DNA of 62,901 nt, counting the filler, from Octopus bimaculoides (taxonomy: Eukaryota): the NCBI RefSeq assembly GCF_001194135.2. It is 4 parts of 3 records of this genome, joined end to end, with 100 filler letters (N's around TTAATTAATTAA, not from the genome) between each part and the next. Parts side by side here need not be neighbours in the genome. Positions count along the whole stretch, not along the records: positions 1 to 30,019 come from NC_068988.1; positions 30,120 to 53,017 come from NC_068984.1; 2 more parts are not named here. The stretch is one strand, 5' to 3'. Position numbers and translations under genes: made by a program. A model generated the notes under the pieces. The model ran no database searches and was not told the DNA's origin. It saw only the letters and a program-made list of their open reading frames with translations. The first letter of the stretch is position 1; the number at the start of each line of letters is the position of its first letter. Positions 25,700 through 38,400 of this stretch are shown here, piece by piece.

Positions 25700-26318
25700 G
25701 ACAACAACTGCAGAAATCATGTAAATTAAGTTGTTGAATGAAACGAAAGGCAGGAAAAGTGTAAAGGAGCAGCAACTACACAAAGAACAAAAGCATAAAC
25801 ACACAAGCAAGCAATAACACAGTACAAACAGCCACTCAACACAAACAACTGCAAAACTGTACAACAACAACAATAACAATGTCAGTGACGTACAAACAGT
25901 ATAATACAACAACAGCAGAAACAATAACACAATCCAAATAACACAGCACAAAGAATATAAATAACATAGTGAAAAACACAAACAAAAACAACACCGAAGG
26001 AGACAAAGGCAACACAAGCAATAACAGCAATGCGAACAACATGAACAACAACGTTAACATCATTGATAATGCTATTAATAGATGCAATGATGGAGGGTAA
26101 AATTGCAACAATGATAACAATGCCAGCAGCAGCAGCAGCAGCAGCAGCAAGAATGACTACAGAAACTGCATCAGCAATGACAACATCTAAAGCAAAATAT
26201 GGATTATGAGTGCAGCATCAATGACAACAACAACAACGATGACAAAACAATGGTAATTTCACAACAAATATCTGCCATAACAACCATAGAAGTAGTTGAA
26301 GAAGAAATCAGAGCCAAC

Positions 26319-26351
<33 letters not shown>

Positions 26352-26553
26352 TAATGACAAGACAACAACAAAAGCAGCTTGAGAGAGAAACAAAACCAAA
26401 TCCTGCTTCTTCACCATTTTGCCCCTTTCATTAAACACACTACCAAACAAAAAAAAAAAGAAAAAGAAAAAGAAAAACAACAATTAAAATAGCAAAAAAA
26501 AATGTATTTATAAGAACAACTTTGTCTACCACCAGCATTGCTACAGCCACCAC

Positions 26554-26603
<50 letters not shown>

Positions 26604-26960
26604 CCAATAATGAAAACTGCAACATGAAACCAGGGAAGGAGTCTCTATGTGGTTGTTTGATCTACCAGAAACAGAAGCCAACCCGAATCTAATCTCCTTT
26701 ATAGTGTGTGCTTCCTATCTTAAAAATTAACATGGTGGATAATGGGAGCCTGGGTGCATCACTACCACCAGCATCACTACCATCATCATCACCACCACCA
26801 CCACCACCACCACCAGAATCATCACTACCGTCACCACCACCATCACCAGCACCACCACCTATACATCCACCACCGACCACCACCAACATCCCCACCAGCA
26901 GAAGCACCCCCCACCAGCAGCACCACCACCACAACAAACAACAACATCAGCATCAACAAC
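25700..26960. repeat. Degenerate AAC/CAG/CAT/CAC trinucleotide low-complexity tract
   Basis: Seen directly; source of several spurious ORFs. Confidence 0.85.
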
Positions 26961-27284
26961 AGCAACAATAATCATTTCCAATTTGGACACAAGGATATTA
27001 GATTTAAAGTTTTGAGATTAGTTGATAGTATCAGCTACACTATTTCGTACTTTATTTGATCAACCCTGAAACGGATGTAGAGCAGCATTTGAACCTGGTA
27101 AGATTTGAACTTGAAACATAAAGGGAAGAAATGCCACATGACATTTTGTCCAATAAATTTTGATGATTCTATCAAAAGAAACCCTAAAATATTACTGTCC
27201 CCACAAACATCAACAACTAAAAACTCCTTTAAAATTGCAGCAATCACATCATGCTATTCCTACTACTTATCCTCTTCCTCCTCT

Positions 27285-27317
<33 letters not shown>

Positions 27318-27418
27318 CAACACCAACAACAGTACCATTATTACTGCTACTATTATTACTACTACTACTACCACCACCACCACCACCACCGCCATCACTA
27401 CTATTACTACTGGCACAG

Positions 27419-27475
<57 letters not shown>

Positions 27476-27509
27476 ATAATAATAATAATAATAATATTAA
27501 TAATAATAA

Positions 27510-27830
27510 TAAAACTTTCAAAATACAAAGACCTGGAAATAGAGATAACTCGAATGTGGAATCTAAAAACAGAAACAATTCCTATCATAGTAGGTGCCTT
27601 AGGTATAATAAAAAAATATTCAGACAAATACATAACAAAAACACCAGGACTTACAAATATATATAACATACAGAAAATTGCACTACTGGGTACTGCACAC
27701 ATTCTACGCAAAACACTTTCAATACAGTAAACATAAGAGCACCACAGCAAACCACAGCACATACCCAAGGCGCACAGAGCTGCGCTCGGTAGTGAAGTGA
27801 AAGCACGTTATAAAAATAAAACTACTGAAT
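27510..27830 (+). mobile_element. 5'-truncated R4/Dong-type (RLE) non-LTR retrotransposon 3' end inserted in (AAT)n
   Basis: Open frame KLSKYKDLEIEITRMWNLKTETIPIIVGALGIIKKYSDKYITKTPGLTNIYNIQKIALLGTAHILRKTLSIQ* is the RLE C-terminus. About 100-bp 3' UTR; (AAT)n at 27475-27510 and from 27829. Confidence 0.85.
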
Positions 27831-28519
27831 AATAATAATAATAATAATACAGTGATGACAGTGACCACCACCATCACCATGATCATGCAGCAGAGCAAAT
27901 GAAGGCCAAAAGAAAGCAACACTGATCATAACAACAACAATAATAATGAGAATATCAAAAACAACTCCAAATAAAAAAAAAGTAAACCAATATCATAACA
28001 ACACCAACAAGAACAACAGTAGCAGCAGCAGGCAGCAGCAAAAACAACAACAGCAACAACAACAACGATAGCAACAGTGCAAGCATTAAAACAACAAAAG
28101 CGATATTACCAGCTCAGATCACCACAACAAGAATAATAACTACAGTAGCACCAGTGACTAACAACAACAGCACCAGCACTGACAACAACATGATCATCAA
28201 CAGCAATAACAACAACAACAATGATCACAAGGGGGTGAAGTACAGCAATAAGAAGAGGAGCAATAAAATCTGTCAGGTCTATACTAAACTAACATCAACA
28301 TGAACGACAATAAATTTCTTTAAATTTCTTCCGGCCATGAATAAGTCATTGAACATTAGGCAAATTAATTGTTGGCTGGCTGCAGGGCCTTGGGTAGGAG
28401 GAAGAGTGGCGAGTGGCTTAGTGCATGGCATAGCTGGTTGCAGTAGTGTGAGGTGGGTTGGTGGGTTGGTGGGAGGAGTAGCAGGCTTTACATTCCCAAG
28501 TGGACTGGGAGGAACGGAG

Positions 28520-29530
28520 ATAGTTTGTAAATGGGGAAAAGAGAGAGAGAGGGAGGGAGGGAGGGAGGGAGATAGAGAGAGATAGAGAGATAGAGAGAAG
28601 GAGAGACAAATAAAGAGAGAGAGAGAGAGAGTGGGGGATGACGATGATGATGACGATAATGATGACGATGATGACGACGATGATGATGATGATGATGATG
28701 ATGACGGTGGTGGTGGTGGAGAAAGCAGAAAAACTGAAAAGAGATGAAAGAGGGAGAAAGCTTAGGGTAACAGAGAAAGACAAAGACCAAAGGGGGTGGG
28801 GAAGAGCACAAGAGAGAGAGAGAGAGAGAGACAGCAAGAGTGAGATGAGAGAGTAAGAGTTAGAGAGAGAGGGAGACATTGATGATGAGGATAAGGAACA
28901 TTACTAGAGAATGAGAAAGAGAGAGAGAGGAAGAGAGACAGGGAGAGGAAGAGAGAAAGAAAGAGGGAAAGAGAGAGAGCTAAGGTTTATATAGCAACAA
29001 AGAGAATGATGGAGAGAGGCTGTTGATGATGATGATGACAGTCAAGAGGAGATGAGGGATATGGAGAAAGAGAGAGAACTAAGTATAATAGAGAGAGAAG
29101 AGAGACAGAGACAAGGAGGGAGGGAGAGATTGATGATAATGAAGAGGAGTGGGAGGAGGGGTTTAATTTGAGAATGGGAGAAAGAGTGAGAGAGTGAAAG
29201 ATAACAGAGAGAGAAAAAAGAAAGAGAGAAAAAGAGAGAAAGAGAGACATTGATGGGGATGATGAGGATGAAGACAATATGAGAATGAGAGAAAGAGAGA
29301 GAGAGAGAGAGGGGCAAAGAGAGGGAGAAAGAGAGTCAGAACAGAGTTCTTTGATGATGATGATGATGATTGTATTCATGATGATGATAATGAGGTTGAT
29401 GACACAAAGACAACAACAACAACAACAACAACAACGGCAGTGACAGATAATAATATAATTATAACGATGATGATGATGATGATGACGACAGCCACAAAAA
29501 CAATTACGACGATGATGACGATGACGATGA
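28520..29530. repeat. GA-rich and (GAT)n low-complexity tract
   Basis: Seen directly. Confidence 0.85.
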
Positions 29531-29749
29531 TATAGCAAGTGGTCGCCATATGGCATGAGTTATTTTCATGGTGTATGGTATGCTGAGTCCAGGAGCCAGT
29601 TTTTGATTTCTAGTCGAAGTCAATTAACTTTCACTTTCACAGTTAATACTCTTGAGAAATGCACAAACATTGCATAATCACTTTACCCTCTCTTAGATAT
29701 TCCTGGCCTTATTACAAACAACTACTCCCCTACCACAAGTAATTATATT

Positions 29750-30152
<403 letters not shown>

Positions 30153-30157
<5 letters not shown>

Positions 30158-30232
30158 TCAGGTCACTGCCTGGAATCGAACTCGGAATGTTGGGGTTAGT
30201 AGCCCGCGCTCTTAACCACTATGCCATATAGC
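30153..30232 (-). mobile_element. SINE family D tRNA-like head followed by (AAT)n
   Basis: Reverse complement atatggcatagtggttaagagcgcgggctactaaccccaacattccgagttcgattccaggcagtgacctgaataat. Confidence 0.85.
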
Positions 30233-30390
30233 CGCGCGCGCGTGTGTGTGTGTATGTGTGTGTGTGTGCGTGTGTGTGTGCGTGTGTGTGTGTGCATGCA
30301 CGCGCACGTGCGTGTTTGATTTTTTTTAAAGCCACAACATACTAAGTTATAAGAAATAAAACAACTCTATGGTTTGAGCATTTATTTTGT

Positions 30391-30430
30391 ATTTCAATAT
30401 TTCGGGGTTAGGTTATCTTCTTCAGGAAAT
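30391..30430 (-). ncRNA. Minimal hammerhead motif at the PLE 3' end, stem II decayed
   Basis: Reverse complement ATTTC-CTGAAGA-A-GATAACCTAACCCC-GAA-ATAT-T-GAAAT: 5-bp stem I, palindromic ATAT, triplet AUU. Confidence 0.55.
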
Positions 30431-30554
30431 CTTTAGAGATATGCTGCTGTGAACTGACTTCACTGTTTTGTAGTGTATGTGTGTGCATGAGGTGTTACCT
30501 TGCAAGCGCAGGATAGCGTCGCCAAAGTAGCTAATCAGCTGCGTACTGCTCGGT

Positions 30555-31015
30555 TCAGTTGTTAATGTGTGGATTGGTCTCGTTGATTATGATGGCTCCT
30601 GTAATTTTCAGGTTCCCAATGTTCTATTCTGTGGTTTCGGTGAAGACCTTGATGTCCTGGATGTGGAATTCCCGTAGGTATTTTGTGACGGAAGAAGCGT
30701 TTGCATAGAAGTGTTCTTTAACCTGCATGTGTACTTGTCTGATGTAGGGTTCATTACATTTACTACAAGTGGTTTTATGCACCACATAGGACGGCAGGCG
30801 TATAGTTTCATCATTAATCGAGCATTTGGGCAATGCACACGGGACGTTGTTTGGTACGTTGTACATTGGTACCTGGCCATAATCACTAATTATTTGTTGT
30901 ACCTGTATATTGGCAACCGGATAAACAAACCCTCTCTTCCCATACACTTTTGGCCTACCGGAACATCGATGATTGATTGTAAAAATGACTTCAGACTTCA
31001 GTTGTTGATTTTGTT
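30555..31015 (-). mobile_element. Penelope-like element remnant, GIY-YIG endonuclease pseudogene
   Basis: ..SYVVHKTTCSKCNEPYIRQVHMQVKEHF..VTKYLREFHI.., then after a frameshift NLKITGAIIINETNPHINN*. Matches PLE VVYxxxCxxCxxxYIG..LEAxxI..NPxIN. Confidence 0.85.
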
Positions 31016-31019
31016 TGTT

Positions 31020-31064
<45 letters not shown>

Positions 31065-31065
31065 A

Positions 31066-31104
<39 letters not shown>

Positions 31105-31191
31105 CAGCAACAACAACAACAGCAGTAGCAGCAGTAGTAGTTGTAATAGTAGTAGTAGTGGTAGTAGTAGTANNNNNNNNNNTTGTTTGTT

Positions 31192-31236
<45 letters not shown>

Positions 31237-31237
31237 A

Positions 31238-31270
<33 letters not shown>

Positions 31271-31919
31271 TAGTAAGTAGAAGCAGCAGCAGCAGCAGTA
31301 GTAGGTGCAGCAGCAGCAGCGGCAGTAGTAGTAGTGGTAGTAGTAGTAGTAGTAGCAGTAGCAGCAGCAGCATAGTAGTAGTAGTAGTAGTAGGACAGAC
31401 CTTAGCAAGCATGGCTTTGCTCAAAAACATTCCAACTGTGGCCATCCCGTTTCTTTTTTCTTCCTTTCTTTCAGTAAGTGCATCNNNNNNNNNNNNNNNN
31501 NNNNNNNNNNNNNNNNNNNNNNNNNNNNNNNNNNNNNNNNNNNNNNNNNNNNNNNNNNNNNNNNNNNNNNNNNNNNNNNNNNNNNNNNNNNNNNNNNNNN
31601 NNNNNNNNNNNNNNNNNNNNNNNNNNNNNNNNNNNNNNNNNNNNNNNNNNNNNNNNNNNNNNNNNNNNNNNNNNNNNNNNNNNNNNNNNNNNNNNNNNNN
31701 NNNNNNNNNNNNNNNNNNNNNNNNNNNNNNNNNNNNNNNNNNNNNNNNNNNNNNNNNNNNNNNNNNNNNNNNNNNNNNNNNNNNNNNNNNNNNNNNNNNN
31801 NNNNNNNNNNNNNNNNNNNNNNNNNNNNNNNNNNNNNNNNNNNNNNNNNNNNNNNNNNNNNNNNNNNNNNNNNNNNNNNNNNNNNNNNNNNNNNNNNNNN
31901 NNNNNNNNNNNNNNNNNNC

Positions 31920-31993
31920 AGACATATACACACACGTGGACACACACACATTTCACCACATATACACACTCATACAGATAAATTCACTTGCGT

Positions 31994-32027
<34 letters not shown>

Positions 32028-32412
32028 AAACACTCTCATATACACACACGTGTACACACACACATTCAAATACACACACACGCACACTTTCTCATACACT
32101 CACACGCGGACATACACACACATTGCACCATATATACACATTGATACACATGGAGAAAGTCACTCGCGGGCACTCCCGTGCATCAACACACATACACACA
32201 CACACATACACACACATATACATACTCGCATACGCACGCATACATCAAACCACATTTAAACACACACACACACAAACTTGCAAACACAAACACACACTCA
32301 TAGACAGAAAATAGCACATTCACATACAATCCCCCACACACACATGCACACACACACACACATCAAACTACACACGCACACTCGTACATATAGAGAAAAT
32401 GCCTCACGTGCA

Positions 32413-32482
<70 letters not shown>

Positions 32483-33000
32483 NNNNNNNNNNNNNNNNNN
32501 NNNNNNNNNNNNNNNNNNNNNNNNNNNNNNNNNNNNNNNNNNNNNNNNNNNNNNNNNNNNNNNNNNNNNNNNNNNNNNNNNNNNNNNNNNNNNNNNNNNN
32601 NNNNNNNNNNNNNNNNNNNNNNNNNNNNNNNNNNNNNNNNNNNNNNNNNNNNNNNNNNNNNNNNNNNNNNNNNNNNNNNNNNNNNNNNNNNNNNNNNNNN
32701 NNNNNNNNNNNNNNNNNNNNNNNNNNNNNNNNNNNNNNNNNNNNNNNNNNNNNNNNNNNNNNNNNNNNNNNNNNNNNNNNNNNNNNNNNNNNNNNNNNNN
32801 NNNNNNNNNNNNNNNNNNNNNNNNNNNNNNNNNNNNNNNNNNNNNNNNNNNNNNNNNNNNNNNNNNNNNNNNNNNNNNNNNNNNNNNNNNNNNNNNNNNN
32901 NNNNNNNNNNNNNNNNNNNNNNNNNNNNNNNNNNNNNNNNNNNACACACACGCACACACGCACACACACACATACACACACACACGCACACAAATCTAAA
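31920..33000. repeat. Degenerate (CA)n-rich tract with assembly gap
   Basis: Seen directly. Confidence 0.85.
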
Positions 33001-33063
33001 CAAAAGAGGCGAATGAAGGAAAATATCCGGTAAACATCGATAAGGAAACTATTCAAATATGTT

Positions 33064-33097
<34 letters not shown>

Positions 33098-33214
33098 ACG
33101 TCATCATCATCGTTCTCATCATCGTCATCGTCATCATTACTATCGTCGTCATCATCATCATCAGCATCATTCTTGTGATTGTCATCATTATCATCATCAT
33201 CATGATTATCATTA

Positions 33215-33520
33215 TTTGTGCTAGCTTACCACATTCCCTTTATGGATGGTTAATACATACTTTCGTTTCCTTTTCCACAGATTCTGCGTTTGCTCTGTGA
33301 CTCAGTTTTATCAGTCTTTGTGTTTATCAAATTCGTTCTAATGGCTTGCTCCCGAACGCCTATAATCTGCAATTTAAGCCATATCCACCGTTCTTCACAT
33401 TCAACATCTTCGATTTGTTGTCTGGATTGGGCATATACCTACTTCTCTTTCCATTTATTTATCCGGTTGTTCTTTTTCTCACAGTTTCATTTTCTGAGTT
33501 CTATATTTATGCTTTCTGTT
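33215..33520 (-). mobile_element. R4/Dong-type non-LTR remnant, zinc-knuckle region
   Basis: NRINKWKEK*VYAQSRQQIEDVECEERWIWLK..EQAIRTNLINTKTDKTESQSKRRICGK..INHP*RECGKLAQ resembles AQEQAIRTN..KCRxC..ETxxHI..CxKLAQ. Confidence 0.75.
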
Positions 33521-34340
33521 ATATTTTTTATTGTTGTTGATTTCATTTTGATCGATGAAAGCCCCACCTATTTTGTACTGTACTTCGTTCTTTGATATTA
33601 TCCTCATACTGCAAACGTCAAAACAAATTTATCCTTAATAAATGGTCCGAATTCCAAACAGGATGAGACAACCAAGTTGTCTGCTAAAACAATTACAACC
33701 ACAAAAGTCGAACCACAAATAGCTAATCCGAATTAAACCCACCGTATTCTATTCGTATATACATGCACAAAGACAAATTAAAAACAAGCTTTAGCCAAAA
33801 TAAATAAACACACGTAATAAAATTGACACCCGCAAGAATTGAACCACAAACTGCCGACCGAAACACACCCACACACCAACTTAATAAACCCAATGTGTAA
33901 TGCATATAATAAACACTTCACCGATCATAAAACGTACACAAGCCAACACACCAAAAACTTAATCATTAAAAACACATGTCCTTGAATAAAATGATTTAAG
34001 AAATTAAATAAGCTACGCAAACTCCTCATTAAGAAGGCTTTAAAGCTCTCATTCTTCACCAAAACAAAATCCAAAACACAGTAAAAGCCACTCAAATAAG
34101 AAATGTAATTTACAATATTAAATATTAACTCCTCCATCAATTCCTACAACTTTAGTTTAGCAAATACATTTACAAAGTCTGTGACTAAAATTAAATAAAA
34201 CCAAACGAGTCTTTAAAATTCTGTAATCAAAAGTAAAACATAATTCACATCAACAAACCTATTCTTCCATGATATCATTATTCGCACACACAATATGATA
34301 CACACCAAAATGATATTGAGCAAACATCTCACGACCTTAA

Positions 34341-35051
34341 CCCATTAAGTCCCACTGTCCTATAAATAGGACACTAAATGAGAACATTAAATAAGCTATA
34401 TCACATTGTCTCAATGTCCTATTTATAGGCCACCGAGTATTTCCATTTCTGCTTGAAGTAAAGGAATTTTAATAATTAATTTTTTTCATTTTAACCTATT
34501 CTCAATCATCTGTAAAAATCTTTAAATACCGTAAATCCTCGAGTATAATCCGGATTTTTCCCCCAAAATTTAAAACTCAAAATCCTTAGTGCATACTTAC
34601 TATATACGAGGTTAAAAAAGAAAAATATTTTCTAAGCAATCTCCGAGTCTCTATTTTCTGTCCGGCAATGTTCATTCAGACGCATTTTGTGATGTCGGGC
34701 TTGTAACTGATAGTGATAAATATGTAAAGGCAATTTATTTAATATTTATTTTTCACTGACGTTATTACTGTTATTTCTTTATTTTCTGCAAACAAAGTGC
34801 ACAAAAAGCTACACGTTTGCATTATGTAATATATACAATAATAATAAAGGACGTTACCGTATATACGTTTACAAACCAAGAACGTTATATCGACCTCCTT
34901 GACTCAAGTTAGAGAAGGGGTGCGTATTATACACAAGGTTTAGGTTTTTCAGAGGTACAACCCCTAAAAATCCCCTGCGTATTATACTCAAGGGCGGACT
35001 AGAGGATTTACGGCAATATTCAGAAATTTAAGTACTCTGGGACTTAATGGG
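34341..35051. mobile_element. piggyBac-type MITE with 14-bp TIRs and TTAA target-site duplication
   Basis: TTAA(34337-40)|cccattaagtccca ... tgggacttaatggg|TTAA(35052-55). Confidence 0.85.
34529..35013. mobile_element. pogo/Tc1-mariner-type MITE nested in the piggyBac MITE
   Basis: TA|ccgtaaatcctcgagtataa ... agaggatttacgg|CA; internal subterminal copies cgtattatac. Confidence 0.7.
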
Positions 35052-35734
35052 TTAATTAGATTAACTGTAAATCAGTTAACAAATATAAATCATTAGTTAA
35101 TCATTAGTAAATCAGTTAACGAACATAAATTATTAGTTAATCAGTAAATATAAATGTAACATTAAATATGAAAAGCAACGAAAGAAAAACCACATGTTCC
35201 CTCACCGACAAATTCAAAGGAAGGAAACACTTGGCCTCACAAAATAACCAATGAAGAAGCAGAAAAGTTATATTCAATCAACAGACATTAAAAGAAAATC
35301 AATGAACAGACACATACAAGTGACTTCGTCTATACCAACAAATATAATACGCACCCAATTCGAGATGCTTGAAGATTGCGTTGGTGTGAAGCACGAGTCG
35401 GACATTATGTCTAAAATATGCTAAAATATACGGCTCGAGTCATATATTTTTCATTTGGACGTGTTATAAATATTGTTCCTATTATCAATCGTCTTTTGGG
35501 GATAAGAGTATAGATGTGGTGTCCACTAATATTTTTCTATTTTTAATCTTGTGTGATATCGTGTATCGTTGTTAGTCCTTTCTATAAGATTTGTTTTAGT
35601 TAAGTAGCAGGAGAGCGTCAAACTTGTTGTCAATATAGCAATTAGAGCCGCTAATTTGCAAGCTTGTAGGTTGAAATTCTTGTGGCCTCTTATTAACAAC
35701 ACGGTTCTTAATTATAGAGATTTGTAGTATACCG

Positions 35735-36140
35735 TTAATTTTATGGAAACAGAACATGGAAGGTGAACCAGTCGCATAAGAAGGAAATCATGACATTGCA
35801 ACGTCATGGAGAGAAGAATGATGAACATTATTATCTCTTTCTTGCTCCACGCTGGAGTAGCACTTTGTATTATGTTGAAGTACAGAATTAGATGTGCAGA
35901 GACCAGATGGAAGACAGGAGTCAGAGATATACTTGAAGAAAATGTAAAAACAAAGAGAAGATAGACAGGTTCCTTAGCCTTAACGGAGGACAATAGAAGA
36001 ATGGAATGGATTCCATGAAAGATTCAGCAGAAGGGACGACACCAATGAGTACATGAAGACGATGAGGAATGGTGTAAGAATGGTTTGGATTAAAATGGTA
36101 AAGAACGGGAAAGGTTTGAATAGGGACGTCCAGTCGTGTA
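35735..36140 (+). mobile_element. RTE-clade (BovB-like) LINE 3' remnant
   Basis: Broken frames MERRMMNI, YRIRCAETRWKTGVRDILEENVKTKRR*TGSLALTEDNRRMEWIP*KIQQKGR resemble RTE MERRML..DRIRN..GVxDI..WAGHIAR..DNRW..EWxP..GR. Confidence 0.6.
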
Positions 36141-36267
36141 CAGCTTATCCAATGGGTCACTCTGATGCATATTGTGTTCGGTTTTATATATTTTATGAAT
36201 ATTTTGTTTTTGTTTATATGTTCATTTGTTTTAGAATTAATATGCAGTTTATGTGGTGTCATCTTTT

Positions 36268-36485
36268 ATCTTTTTCTTGTTTCAGTCATTAAACTGCGAC
36301 CATGCTGGGGCACCGCCCTTAAGAACTTGAGTCAAACGAATCAACCCCAGTACTTACCTTTCTAAGACTGGAGCTTAATCTATCTGTCTCTTTGCCGAAC
36401 CGCTAAGTTACGGGGACAAAGATGCACCAACACCGGCTGCCAAGCGGTGACGGGGACAAACACAGACACTAAGACACGCGACGTG

Positions 36486-36532
<47 letters not shown>

Positions 36533-36695
36533 GGTGGCCTTCTTCTTATAATCAGTTTCCGTCTACCAAATCCAATTGCATGGCTTTAACCAGCCCAAGA
36601 ATAGTAGATGACACTTGCTGAAGGTGCCACGCAATGGGACAGAACCCGGAACCTTGTGGTTGGGAAGCAAACGTCTTACCACACAACCATGCCTC
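36268..36695 (-). mobile_element. Full-length SINE family A variant
   Basis: Collinear with other family A copies. Confidence 0.85.
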
Positions 36696-37075
36696 GTATA
36701 TTCTTAATAAGTCTGGACCCTAATTTATTTGTTGCCTTTTTTTTTTATTCCTGTCTGTATTCTTCCACGGTTTGAAGATTCTAATAACACGTACTCCGTA
36801 ACGACAGCGAATGTCGACGAAGAAACAAAATTTTAATGATAAAATTCCTTCTTGAAAGAGCATTTGCACCCCTCAACAGACAACGCACAAGACGAATAAA
36901 TCCACAGATTGAAACAATGGCGTTTTTCAAAAATGAATAGACCAAAATATTGAACAATACAGTTTAACAATTGCATTAGACACAACATATATTGAAAATG
37001 ACAAAACCACACACAAAACGTCATGAGAAACCATTAATCGACAACACGTCTATACTCTACAAAATTCTCCACAAG

Positions 37076-37915
37076 TTCGTGGTCTGATCAATAAGTTTCT
37101 GGACTGTTGCCATAGTAACGAAGCTAAAGCACAAAGAGTAAATTCGCTTGGCACAGAGTGACCCTGAACTCTGCTGTGCATGTGTATTACGTTTTAACAT
37201 TCCAGCTCACTTCCGCTGTTTACAGCAGTGCTTGGAAGGAAGGTGTGTAACGTGTGATCGTCGCATTGACTATGACAGAGAAAGTTGAGCAGAGAATCTG
37301 CATCAAATTTTGTCAAAAGCTTGGCAATCCCTACTCAGAGACCTATGCAATGTTCTCAAAGAGTTTTCATCGTTCTCGACACAATCAAGGAGATCTTGTG
37401 CAACTGAAACCCGAGTGTCATTTTGGTCAACTGAAAGCAGTTTTGGCACAAACTTGGCAGACACGCGTCTCAAACTCAAATCTTTAGTGATAATGGACTG
37501 AACTGAACCGTAACTAATCTGCACATCCTCTGACAACTCAAGAATGGTGATTCGACAATTTCTCCTCACAGCTGCATGCACATGTGCGATGTTTTTCTCA
37601 GTTCTGATGGTTGCAGGCCTCCCAGAACATTCGTCAATATCGACATTTTTCGGCCATCTTGGAAACGTCTGAACCACTCATACACTTGTGTGCAGCTCAT
37701 ACACTCCTCTCCATACACTTTCTGCAACTTTACGCAGGCTCCTGGGCAGCTATCGTCATGACAACTTTCTCTGTTATGGTCAATGCGACGATTACACGCT
37801 ACACATCTTTCTTTCAAGCACTGCTGCAAGCAGCGGAAGGGAGCTAGAACGTTAAAGCTTAGTGCACATGTACGACAGAGTTCAAGGTCAGTTTTTGCCA
37901 AGCGGCTTTACTATG
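37076..37915. mobile_element. Mariner-derived fold-back: two inward-facing 5' halves
   Basis: Plus copy: TIR-like cgtggtctgatcaataagttt, then MTEKVEQRICIKFCQKLG. Minus copy: KLQKVYGEECMS..VYEWFRRFQDG..SGRPATIRTEKNI..RRVSAKFVPKLLS..LDCVENDEN. About 130 bp of 5' sequence is shared in inverted orientation. Confidence 0.85.
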
Positions 37916-38315
37916 CGTCAAGACTCAATGCTATTATAAACATACGAGTCACAAAGAAGAATATATCTCTGACCGATAACGTGTAAAATTAACTGATAAT
38001 GTTTAAATATATATGCTTACAGTAGTTATATTGGGCCTTGCTATTAATAAGACAACTCTTAACTATGAAAATAAGACTGCGATGGTCTAGACACATTCAT
38101 GATGGTATTTACAAATTTTATTCTGTTAAGCTGCAGCGAACTCCCGAAATATGGAGGGAATATTGATAATAACACGTTTGTTATATATACAGCCGGTCAT
38201 TCAAGAAGCCTGAAGGAGTCAGGCTCCCGTTAGAGGGCTGCGAAACTTCAAACAGCAAGGAACCGAAACAAACTGTTTTAAATAATATATATATATTTTT
38301 TTTGTTCTTTACCTT

Positions 38316-38400
38316 TTTCCCTGAAGATGTGTAAGGTAAATTATATATTTGACTTGAATTTGACAGTTAAATATAGCCTTATACAGAAATGTTGACATAG
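38316..38400 (+). ncRNA. Decayed hammerhead-like motif with long stem II loop
   Basis: CTGAAGA-TGTGTAAGG[~40 nt]CCTTATACA-GAAA-TGT-T. 9-bp stem II; stem I not conserved. Confidence 0.35.

Noticed and set aside
33600-34330. A-rich stretch resembling a decayed PLE or LINE RT (NTPTHQLNK)
   Set aside because: A single short motif with many stops; not enough to assign.
35365-35410. TTGAAGA-TTGC..GCAC-GAG hammerhead-like motif
   Set aside because: Too many core deviations and no stem I.
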